Origin: Geosiphon pyriformis uo1
Lineage: Eukaryota; Fungi; Glomeromycota
Length of the DNA stretch: 64,000 nt
Assembly: GCA_016748015.1 (NCBI GenBank)
Contig: JAAOMT010000226.1
Location: forward strand, 287,250 to 351,249
Reading direction: 5' to 3'
Shown: positions 40,101-50,699 of the stretch, piece after piece
How the letters are laid out: each line of letters begins with the position of its first letter
Numbering within the stretch: position 1 is the stretch's first letter
The notes under the pieces: model-generated
What the model was told of the DNA's origin: nothing
Seen by the model: only the letters and a program-made list of their open reading frames with translations
The model's database searches: none
Program-made: the position numbers and the translations under genes

Positions 40101-42793
40101 ATGCTCTCAACAAACTTTATCACTACCCCCATAATGCTGAGATGATTTTCGACCTAAAAATGGCATTAGTTAATGGAGCTACCAAAAAAAATGTTCGTCA
40201 AATGAAAGAAGCAGAATACATTGAATACACCATGGAATTAGCTGAATTCAATTATGAAAATGAAATAGAAGTGTATCATCAAATCACAAGTCACACCTAC
40301 CTGACTAAAGAAGCTCAAGCTCAATGGCTAGAACAAATGAACATTAAATTATGTAAGGAATGCATAATGTCTTGTAATAAACAATGGTGTTCTGAATGCT
40401 ATGCTCTTAGCATTCTCTTGCTCAGCAAAAGTAATAAATACAAAATTGAATTTGGAGAACCTGAAGCAACAGAAAAAATTGAAACAACACCCATCTATCT
40501 CATTGAAAATCAGCCTGTTTTACAACTCAAATACTTTAACAACAACGGACAAGGAATAAAACCCGAAAAAGCACATGAAATTGATGCTGGATATGATCTA
40601 AAATATCCAAACAAGGATACTCTCATTCTCAAACCCAAATCTTTCACAAAAATCAACCTCAAAATTGCTCTCGAAATCCTGCCAGGAGTAATAGTTCAAA
40701 TCGCCTCCCAGTTCTCTCTGGCAAGCAAAGAAATCAATGTCAGAGGAGGAATAATTGATGCTGGATATACTGGTGACATAACAGTAATACTCCAAAACGA
40801 AACTGACAAGCCATTTAAGATTAAACATGCCGAGAAAATTGCCCAAGCCATTTATTTATCCTTAATCAACATTTTGGGTTTACAATTAGTTAATCAAAGA
40901 GAACTATTGGGAAAAAGTAAAAGAGAAACCCAAGGTTTTGGTTCAACTGGATGATTCACAGTTCCAGTAAATATAGCCCTCAACAAACAGAAAGAATCTC
41001 ACCAGATTTTTTGACTTCCACAACCAATTACTATTTCACTCTTTGGAGAATACCCTAAAATTTACACTTGTAAAAAGCCAACAACCACACAACAAATTTT
41101 TGAGTCCAATGAACAAATCTGCTTGGAACATAATATCTTGATCTCAAACATTTATATTCTAGAAGGAACAAAGAAAATCCGAGTTACTTTTTACAATTCC
41201 AACAATTTCTTTATAGTTTTATTAAATAACTTAGAAATTGGAGTTATTCACAGTAATATCTTTCAACAAAAATTACCTCAAACAGTCCCCAATTTCTCTG
41301 AAATTATTGGACATTTACTACTAAAAATCAACCCAAACCCCAGCTCTGAAAACTACCATGTTGTTATAAAAAAACTATCTCAAATCAACATAGGACAACT
41401 TGAACCACAACAACAGAGCCAGCTCAAAGAGCTAATTGCAGAATTTGCAGATATTTTTGCTGAAAACAACAATGACTTAGGAAGAACTGATTTGGTCTAA
41501 CACCAAATCTATATAAGAGATACCAAACCAAGGCGACAGCAAGCCTACTGAGTTACTCCAGAAAGCCACCAATTTATCTGCAAAAAAGTACAACAGATGC
41601 TCAACAATGGACTTATCCAACCATTAATGAGTCTATGGGCCTCACCTATGGTCTTAATTAAAAAGAAAAATGGAAAGATACAATTTTGTGTTGATTATTG
41701 ACAACTCAACAGTGTCACTATTGAAAATGCCTATCTTTTTCTCCGAATTGATGATATGTTAGATGCCCTTGGAAAGGCCAAATACTTTTCAACACTAGAT
41801 CTAGAAAGCGGATACTGGCAAGTTGCCATGGACCTCAAAGATTGTTCTAAAACAGCCTTCACAACCCAAGGAGGAAACTACAAATTCAATGTAATGCCTT
41901 TCGAATTATGCAATGCACCAGCAACATTTCAGAGATTAATGGATATTGTGTACAAAGAACTTCTTTGAAAGTCAGTAGTCATTTATCTTGATGATACTGA
42001 TGTTTATTCTCCATCATTTGAATTACACTTAAAACACCTGCAAAAAGTTTTTCAATAATTACAAAAAGCAGAACTGAAACTCAACATCAAAAAATGCTAC
42101 TTTGAAAAAACAAGCTTGGCCTTTCTTGGTCACATCATTAGTAAAGATAGAATCAAACTGGACTCTGGAAAAATCAGTGCTGTCAAAAACTTCAAAACTC
42201 CTCAAAACACTACAGAACTAAGAGAATTCATAGGGTTAGCCTCCTACTATCGGAAGTTTATTAAAAGATTCTCAGAAATTGCAAAATCTCTCAACCAGCT
42301 TACTACCAAAAATGTCAAATACAAATGGACTGCTGAACACCAAAACGCATTTGAAATCTTCAAAGAAAAACTAATGACAGCTCCAATTTTTGCCTACCCA
42401 GATTTCAGCAACCGATTTCGGTTAGCAACAGATGCCTCTTATACTGCCTTTGGTGTCATTCTATCACAGTTAGATGACAATGGAAATGAGCAAGTAATTG
42501 TTTATGCTAGCAGAACATTGAAACCAGCCAAAAAGAACTACCCTGCAACAGAATTAGAAACTGCAGCAGTAATCTGGGCCCTACATCACTTCAACCTTTA
42601 CCTCAGACCCAAAGAATTCGATATTATTACTGATAATATTGGACTCAAATGGCTTCAGAACAAAAACACTCAGCTAAACGCAAAATAAATCTGATGGACA
42701 GGATTTCTAGCTAACTACCAATATATTGTACACCACAAATCAGAAAAACTCTACACCAACGTTGATTGTCTCTCAAGAATGAGGCAAGATTAG
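37105..42793 (+). pseudogene. gag-pol: Element D polyprotein (~1,900 codons reconstructed)
   Basis: One frame to ~39500, a ~44-nt deletion at the end of PR, then one frame through ORFs 40142, 41123, 41756 and 42116; PR ILDSESAGN; dUTPase; YLDD 41984-95; ends NVDCLSRMRQD* (TAG 42791-93). Confidence 0.93.
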
Positions 42794-42839
42794 AATACAA
42801 AACCAACACTCATTTGAATTAACAACAAAACAACAAACA

Positions 42840-44224
42840 ATGAACCCCGAAAACTACAACAATCTTAAACAATATTTGGAGACATTAACAATCCCAACAG
42901 ATTGGTTCTCAGATAAAAAACATCAGTTACAACAACAAGCCAAACAATACTTCTTACACAACAACATGATTTATTATCAAAACTTCAGAAACCCAAACAA
43001 TCCACTCAGATTAATACAAGAACATGAAAAAGAAACTATTTTATATAACATGCACTCAAACTCTTCATTAGCACACCTAGAAAAAGACAGCACCACCCAG
43101 AGAACACTAGAATATTATTTTTGGCCTCAAATGAGAAAAGACATTCATAAATACATTAAGTCTTGTAATAGTTGTCAAAGAAAAGGAGGAACTCATCCTA
43201 CAGAACTTTTAAACCCAATCAAAGTTGGACAGCTTTTTAACCAAGTTGATATCAATTTAGTCAGACCACTTCCTATCATAAACCAAGGAAACTATTATAT
43301 TGCAGTAGCTGTAGACTATTTTACCAAATGGCCTGAAGTCCGAGCCATTCAATGAGCAGATGCGAAATCAGTAGCAAACTTCATCTACAAAGACATCATT
43401 TGTAGACATAGATGTCCAATAAAACTTTTATCTGATCAAGGAACACATTTTGTGAACAATTTAATCCAGAAAATTTGTGGATGATTTAATGTTAAGAGAC
43501 CATTATCTTTACCCTACCATTCATAAACAAATAGATTTGTAGAATGTTTTAACAAAACATTGTGTGAATCATTAGCCAAAGTCTCAACCGATTTTGAGCA
43601 AGAATGGGATCTCTTTATTCCATTAGTGTTACTAGCATATAGAACACTAAAACAAGATACCATAAAACACACACTATTTGATTTAACTTACGGAAGAACA
43701 GCAATGTTACCAATTAGTTTCACAGTGGAAACATACTCAGCACAACCAATTAATAAAAACAATTTCCAGAAAACATTTCAACAAAGAGCCTACACTCTGC
43801 TTAGCACGTTGGAAGGAAAACAACAAATAGCAGCCACTCATATTGAACACTCCTAAGCTCAACAAAAAGAATAGCATAACAACAAATTGTCTCCAATTAC
43901 TAATGAATTTAAGTTGGAAACAAAGTTCTCTTACACAGAACTAAAGCTGAAAAACAATGGAGTGGAAAATTTGAAAATAAATAGGATAGACCATTCTTTA
44001 TTCATGAAGTTCTAGGCAATGGATCATACAAGCTAAGACTTGATAACAAAATCTTAGCAAAAGTTGCACATGGAGATTGTTTGAAACACTATAATTCCAA
44101 AAACAATCCTGAACCATTAATTCCACAAATTGGTACACATTCTCCTTTAATCAATCCTGAAAATATTCTCTGAAATTTAGAACCAATAGTTGTCATTAAA
44201 CAACCTCCCAACTTGAACACTTAA
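42840..44224 (+). pseudogene. int: Element D integrase, separate ORF with its own ATG
   Basis: MNPENYNNLKQYL...MHSN..AHL...SCNSCQ; DYFTKWPE; LSDQGTHF; GPY/F-type tail; frame differs from RT-RH. Confidence 0.92.
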
Positions 44225-44349
44225 CTTAAATTTATTATTATAGTTATCTTCTTATAATTTAGAAACAATCTTACAAAAACAAAGCAAAAATAACATAAAA
44301 AAAACCCATACACCAAAAATAATTTTCTTTTATTTTCAAATCTTTTATA

Positions 44350-45069
44350 ATGACTATTTCTCAAAATATTCAATAAATATCTCAAAAATTAATGCTAGCT
44401 TTAAAAACAATACTCGAATTATCTATCACTATTACAGAAAAACATATTAATTATACCCAAACAAAAATAGTTACCAATTTAGTCCCAAATTCACGAAAAT
44501 ATCACCCATATAAGAAGAATGCAAGAATTTATTCTGGAATTCACCTGCCAGAACTTTTAAAGCTTGCTTTAAGAGAAAACTTAATGCTCACTTCTATTAG
44601 TATTTCACCAAATGCTACTATTCAACAAAAACTTTAACTGTATCTTAACGAAAAAAACTACAACTATACTCCAATATATAGATATTTCTACATTGGAAAA
44701 ACACTTTACGAATGAAAATGAGAGCTTACAGCAGCAAATCTCACAAAAGAAGCTATTCAAAAACAACTCCACAATGAATTCAAAACAACAGCTAGATTTA
44801 CAAACAGTTATTATAAACTAAGAACTACTCTTAAACTTTATGACCTATTTCACATCTGTGAAAACGTCCTACAAAACCCAATTTTACAATCTTTGAAGAT
44901 TCAATACATTGGAAAGCTTATAGAACTGAAATTTCAACAATTTTCAGACCAAATTTCTTCAATAATTTTAGATTATTATCTGGAAATTACAGACAGTACT
45001 TGGACTTTAATGGAGCTTAGTCTTGAGGAAGAGGTTATGTTACCAGACAAAATTAGAGATATTATTTAG
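44350..45069 (+). pseudogene. Element D ORF3 (~239 aa), overlapping the PPT and start of the 3' LTR
   Basis: MTISQNIQ*ISQKLMLALK...YFYIGKTLYE...KLYDLF...IGKLIELKFQQF...LEEEVMLPDKIRDII*; collinear with ORF3 of C. Confidence 0.85.
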
Positions 45070-46019
45070 CATGAAATTATCTTTATAATCTCTATCATTA
45101 ATTAGCATATATTATCGTTTTAAATTATTACTTATTACATTAGCAAAATGTCCAAAATTATTATTTAATTAATAACCCAATTTGCACATAACATAAATGT
45201 AACCTAATTGTGATGATCAATCATGCAATACCCTGAACTATGTAACATTCAAAAAGTTTGCCAAAATTTGTAAAAATTTGCCGAAATAATTGATAGTTCA
45301 CTGAAATATCTAATAGTTCGCAGAAATAACTTGTAATTCACTGAAATGTATCTTTAGTTTAGCAAAATTGTAGAAAATAGCAAAGTTCAAGTTCATAGAA
45401 TAGTGTTACAACAAGTTGTATAAAAGTAGAGCTTTTTTCTTCGAAAAAATGTATCTTACTTCAGATTTAACAATTAGAATCATTTTTTATACACAAAAAC
45501 AAAATAGATATCAAATAATTCAAAAACCAAATTTTTTAAATTATTGCACTTAAAAAATTTTCAAAACCCAACTAACATTTTGAAATTGATTAGCTACCAA
45601 TTTCAATAAACTGTTAGTGACTCCAGACCTGGATTGAAAACAATTTCTTTGACAGAATTCAATTTTCTTTTACATTTCTTTTATTTTTCTTTTATTTTTT
45701 TATCATAATCATTAGGGTAACCTACAGACAAAATTTCTGTAGAAGAGTTGACTTTCACAGCAAAGTAATTAAATATTTTTAGTGAGCTTTCAAACGAGCA
45801 ATTCTTGGGAAAGAGTTGACATTTACTACAATGTAACTACACAAAGCAACTGGCATGGAATTGGCCATTCCACTTATAAGCCCAGCAGTTCAAATTATAG
45901 GAGATAATTTGAAGATAAAATTCAGTTATTGAAGATTCAAACACTTTCCATAGTCGTGAATTAACAGCATTACAACAAACATACAAGAGCTAAAAAGAGA
46001 CCAAAAACTTTTGGTAACA
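45038..46019 (+). repeat. Element D 3' LTR (982 bp, complete)
   Basis: TGTTACC...GGTAACA; TATAAAA ~45419. Confidence 0.95.
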
Positions 46020-46942
46020 CCAGAAACAAAAGCCATTTAAAGAGCAGATGCAAAATCTATTGCCAAATTTGTTCATCAAGATTTGATATATCGACATAGA
46101 TGTTTAAAAAAACTATTATCAGATCAAGAAACTCACTTTGTGAATAGAATATTAGCAGAATTAAGTCAAAGATTTGGAATAAAAAGACCATTATCATTAC
46201 CATACCATTTACAAACAAATGGGCCAGTTGAAAAGTTTAACAGAATATTGTATGAAGCCATTACCAAAATCAGCCAAGAAAACCAGGACAAATAGAATTT
46301 GGTTATATCATCAGTATTATTTGCTTATTGAACAATAAAGCAAGACACTACACAAGCAACACTATTTAAACTAGTATATGGTAGAACAGCAACATTACCA
46401 GTTAAAATAGAAGTCAAAACAGATCCAACAAAACCAATAACAAAAGAGAATTTCTAAAGAACATTGTTGAAAAGAACATATGACTTAATGGAAACACTAG
46501 AAAACAAATAGTGAAAAGCAGCTAATAATATCCGAAAGGCACAAGAGAAACAAAAAAAAGACATGATAACCAACTACCAGATAAACCAGTTGAATTCAAG
46601 ATTGAAGACAAAGTACTTTTGTATCATACCAAAGCGGAAAAACAATAAAGTAGAAAATTTGACACCAAATAGGATGGACCATTTCACATAGAAGAAAGTC
46701 TTAGAAATAGAGCTTATAAATTAAGATGGAACAACAAAATCTTAATCAAAGCAGCACTTAGTGATCAACTAAAACCATATCATCATATAATATTACTATC
46801 TACCAGTAATATTCTACAATTAGGAGTACAAAGAATACTAGTCCAACCAGATGAGATTCCATGAGATCTGGAACCAATCATAATCATTGGACCAAACACA
46901 TAAAATTAAACAATAAAAAGAAGATATAAAGACATAGTAAAC

Positions 46943-47601
46943 ATGACAGAAGATTTCAGAAAAATGGAAATTACTGATAACATCCACTTACTAGCACAAC
47001 AAATCTTTTAACTAATTTAACAACAGAATATGGAAATTACTATCAATTAACAAACCATTCAATATTAAGATACCAGAAAAATACTCAAATACAAAAGTCA
47101 AAAGAAAACAGAAAACACTATTAACAAAATGGTTCTGAAAATAAAATTAGCAATAGAAAAACCAACAAGTGTTATCACATATCAAAAGTTGACCAAAGAA
47201 ACTTGGAAATAGTGGATACATGAATTTCCAAAGAACTTTGTTATTTCTACTTAGAATAATACTTGAATATTTAGAATTTATACATGGATAAAACAAAACA
47301 ATTATTCAACACAACAATACTTCAACAACTGAAACAATTTGTGGGAAAGAACAATTTGACTACACAAACAAGAGCTATCTATTGGCTACATACGGGATTC
47401 TAAGACAGATCAGAAATTTTACTTAATCCGAAATTGGACTCTATTACACTTAACCAAATGAAAAAAATAACCAACACCTAATTTGAAAAATTACAGAACA
47501 AGATAACTCAAGTAATTCTTAAAAAGGAAGTTCAAGAAATACTCAACAACAGAGAATTAGAGTTAGAAGATTTGAGAGATCTTGACAGAGCTCAATATTA
47601 A
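46943..47601 (+). pseudogene. Element B ORF3 (divergent homologue of C/D ORF3)
   Basis: MEITDNIHLLAQQIF...CYFYL...LLNPKLDSITLNQMKKITNT*FEKL...DRAQY*; ends at the PPT; one frameshift. Confidence 0.75.
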
Positions 47602-47614
47602 AAGGAGGGAATAA

Positions 47615-48505
47615 TGTTACTCATAAAACATAAAAAGTATATTAGTATAAATTAGCCAATCAAAAGTAGTCATATTATAATGTAGAATTCCAGAATTTCT
47701 CTCAAGAAGAATTGCAGAATTCCAAAAATTTCAGGATTCTCATACAAAAAAATTGCAAAATTTTAGAATTCTAAGATTCTACTAAAAAGAAATTACAAGA
47801 TTTTAGGAATTCCAAAATTCCTGGTGTGAAGAATTGAGAAATTGAGAAATTTCAATTATGTATATGTAGTAGTAGTACTAAAAGTAGAAAAGACAGAATT
47901 TTTTAGTTAAAGACCTCCCAGTTTAAATTTGATCTAAGCAATCTTTTAACATTACAAATATCAATAAATAATTATTTACTATTTCTAATTTCACTCTTTA
48001 CTATCAACACTTCATGTTGATAACAAATAATACTTAACCATACTGGAACAATAGCTCTTGATTATGGCTATTGACAAGATACTAACTTACAATTGCTTTG
48101 GCTTATTTTCTTTATTTTCTTTTGTTTTTTGTTTTTTATTTCATTTCTGTGATTTTATTGTTGTGTACTAATTGATTAAAAGAGAATAATGCACAAAATA
48201 CTGACATCAAAGTGACTGGTAAAAAACCCAGAAATAAGGGTAAAACATTCAATTAAGAATAGCTTACCAGAAGGAATACTGGTCATTACACTGAGAAAAA
48301 AATTGACAAAACTGCAGTTTTGGGAAGCTACAAATAAACACTATTGAATCTCTGTCCATTATACAAAGAACCCAATTAAAACCTTCAGATAACAATACCT
48401 TCAGATACAAACAACCTCCAGATAAAATTATCAACCAGAACATCTACCAAGCACCAAGTTACAGGTTTGTTATTTGATTTGAAACCCCAAATCACACCTG
48501 TAACA
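47615..48505 (+). repeat. Element B 3' LTR
   Basis: Follows the PPT; ends CCTGTAACA followed by ACAT. Confidence 0.95.
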
Positions 48506-48715
48506 ACATGAAAATCGATTAAAACCATATTACAATATAGTATTATTATCTATCAAATATATTTTACAACTAAGAATACAACAAATACTAGTTTAATTAG
48601 ATAAAATTTTACAAAATCTAAAACCAATCATAATTATTAACACAAACACACCAAATTAATCTACAAAAATAATATATAAAAACATGATATATGTAACAAA
48701 AGCAATAATAAAAAG

Positions 48716-49356
48716 ATAAAAATTTCAGATTACATTTACATAATAGCTTAACAATTATTTTAGATTATATATCAACAATAATTAGACATAGAAATTGTTA
48801 TCAATTACCAAACAATTTGCTATTAAAACACCAAAAAAGAAAAAAAACAAAAATTATTTTATATTAATAATCACAGAACCAAACAAAATACTGATCAGAT
48901 AAAGTTATAGAAAAAATAAAGAATACTTTTGGGAAAATACCAATGATAATCTTAACAGAGAAACTAACTAAAGAAAACTGAAAACTATAGATAAAATAAC
49001 TTCTAATATTATATTGTTTTTATCAATTGAAACAAAAACTGAATATTCAGGAATTATATATTGATAAAGCCAAAAGAATATTCAATTAAAAAATAGTACA
49101 ACAAATTAAAAAGTTTATTAAAAAGAAAACAAATTTTAGACTATATATTAAAACAATTTACTGACTACATACCATATTTCAAAATTATCCAGAAATATTA
49201 CAACACTAAGAAATAAAAACAATAACTGTTAACCAGTAAAAAAGAATGAACAACTCTTAATGTGAAGAAATAAGGAACAAAATTGAACAAACAGTATTAA
49301 AAAGAAAAGTAATAAACTTAATTTAAAATAAAAATTTCGACAAAGCTTAATATTAA
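48716..49356 (+). pseudogene. Element A ORF3 relic
   Basis: (M)KISDYIYIIA*QLF*II...IEIVINYQTICY aligns with the N-terminus of B ORF3; ends GCTTAATATTAA like B GCTCAATATTAA. Confidence 0.65.
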
Positions 49357-49368
49357 AAAAGAAGATAA

Positions 49369-50291
49369 AATTATTCATAAAAAAAGTACAAGAAAAAAAA
49401 ATAGAAAAAATAGATAAAAAAATAGATCAATAAGAGAATAGTACTTAGCAAATGAGCATAATATCAAAAAATTATAACATATTACTCAACAATATGCACA
49501 TTGTCAATGAATTATAGTACACTGTTCAGCAATAAATACATAGTCAGAAAATCATGGCACATTGTTTAGCAATAAGCATATTGTCAAAGAAAATAAAGTA
49601 TATTGTTCAAAAAAATATAAGATCTTATATAACAAAAATTATGTATATATAGTGAGAATATTAGAAACAGAAAAAACAAAATTAATACCAACAATTAGTT
49701 AGAACTTATTAATTAACCAATATTTTTTTCTTTAAAAAATAGTTTTTTATAATTTAAAATAAAATCAAATTACATATTAATAAAATATTAATTATTATCT
49801 AAATCTATGTTATCATCACTTAATTAAGAAATATTAATTACTTCTATTCTATTAACACTTAACCACACTGGAACAATAGTTTTTAATTATAGTTATTAAT
49901 AGAATTTTTAATTTTTTTTTCTTATTTTCTTTTTATTTTTTTTTATTTTTTTTATTTTTTTTTATTTTGTTTGTTGTTTATTAATTGATTAAAGGAATTA
50001 AGTACTGAGTATTTGATGTTAAATATAATCTGATAAAAATTCCAGAAATAAAGATAGAAATTTAAAAATAGTTTATTAGAAAAACATAACTATTAAAATA
50101 AACTGGTTATTACACTAAAGAAAAAAATTCATAGAAAAAATTATTAATTAAATCTCTGTTTATTATACAAAAAACTTAACCAAAACTTTCAGACTCCAAA
50201 AATTTTCAGAAATTACCAATATTACTAACTATTGAGCATTAAGTTATAGATTTGTTATTTGTTTCAATATCTTAAATAAGCACTTGTAATA
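49369..50291 (+). repeat. Element A 3' LTR
   Basis: Direct repeat of 9801-10732; ends TGTAATA followed by TSD ACAG. Confidence 0.9.
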
Positions 50292-50699
50292 ACAGCTAAA
50301 AAATTAATATCCAAAACAAAATTTTCTTTTAATTTTCTTAATTATTTTAAAAACAAACAACCAATTTTAAAACAAAAAAAAATAAAGTAAAAAAAATTTT
50401 TTTTTGTTTTTATTATTAATATTAAATTTTTTATTAATATTAAATTTTTTATTAATTATTATAAATTTTTTAACACATATTTTATATTTGTTTTTATGTT
50501 TTTATTTTATTTACTATTTAATATAATATAACAAATTAAAAATTTAAAACTAGATATAAATAAAATATTTATAATATATAACCAGTCATTTAAATTAATT
50601 AAAACTATATTATTATTTAAACCAAAAAAAAAAACAAATATAATATATGTAAATTAAAACTTATAATATATACTTTAATAAAACTAAGTAAATATATTA

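Larger units (their letters stand above)
36453..46019 (+). mobile_element. Ty3/Gypsy LTR retrotransposon D (C-related, nested in the integrase of B)
   Basis: LTRs 36453-37164 (internally deleted) and 45038-46019 (TGTTACC...GGTAACA); perfect TSD CCAG (36449-52 / 46020-23); PBS at 37165; PPT GAGGAAGAGG at 45025. Confidence 0.96.
35957..46903 (+). pseudogene. int: Element B integrase (35957-36452 + 46020-46903), separate ORF split by D
   Basis: MNIQKYQQL...MHSD..RHF...NCDACQ; GIDLVGPL; DYFTKWP|ETKAI across the D insertion; LSDQETHF; NGPVEKFN; *DGPF. Confidence 0.92.
19075..48505 (+). mobile_element. Ty3/Gypsy LTR retrotransposon B (nested in A; hosts C and D)
   Basis: LTRs 19075-19972 and 47615-48505 (TGTTAC...TGTAACA); TSD ATAT/ACAT at 19071-74 and 48506-09; PBS at 19973; PPT AAAAGGAGGGAATAA 47600-47614. 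Confidence 0.95.
17843..48659 (+). pseudogene. int: Element A integrase (17843-19074 + 48506-48659), split by element B
   Basis: NCDVCQ, IDLV, VERFN motifs; the junction restores TAH(G)(D)RLKPY of the C-terminal GPY/F module. Confidence 0.85.
9801..50291 (+). mobile_element. Ty3/Gypsy LTR retrotransposon A (outermost, oldest; interrupted by E and B)
   Basis: LTRs 9801-10732 and 49369-50291; TSD ACAG at 9797-9800 and 50292-50295; degraded PBS at 10733; degraded PPT 49355-49368; gag-PR-dUT-RT-RH-IN relics. Confidence 0.92.

Noticed and set aside
19973-44224. Alternative genetic code (TAA/TAG=Gln or TGA=Trp) to explain the in-frame stops
   Set aside because: Stops fall at different codons in each copy, derive from CAA, CGA and TGG alike, and come with D>N, G>E and M>I missense changes and frameshifts; this is mutation, not recoding
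44040-44224. Chromodomain at the integrase C-terminus
   Set aside because: The tail after the GPY/F module is a short Pro/Ile-rich stretch without chromodomain motifs
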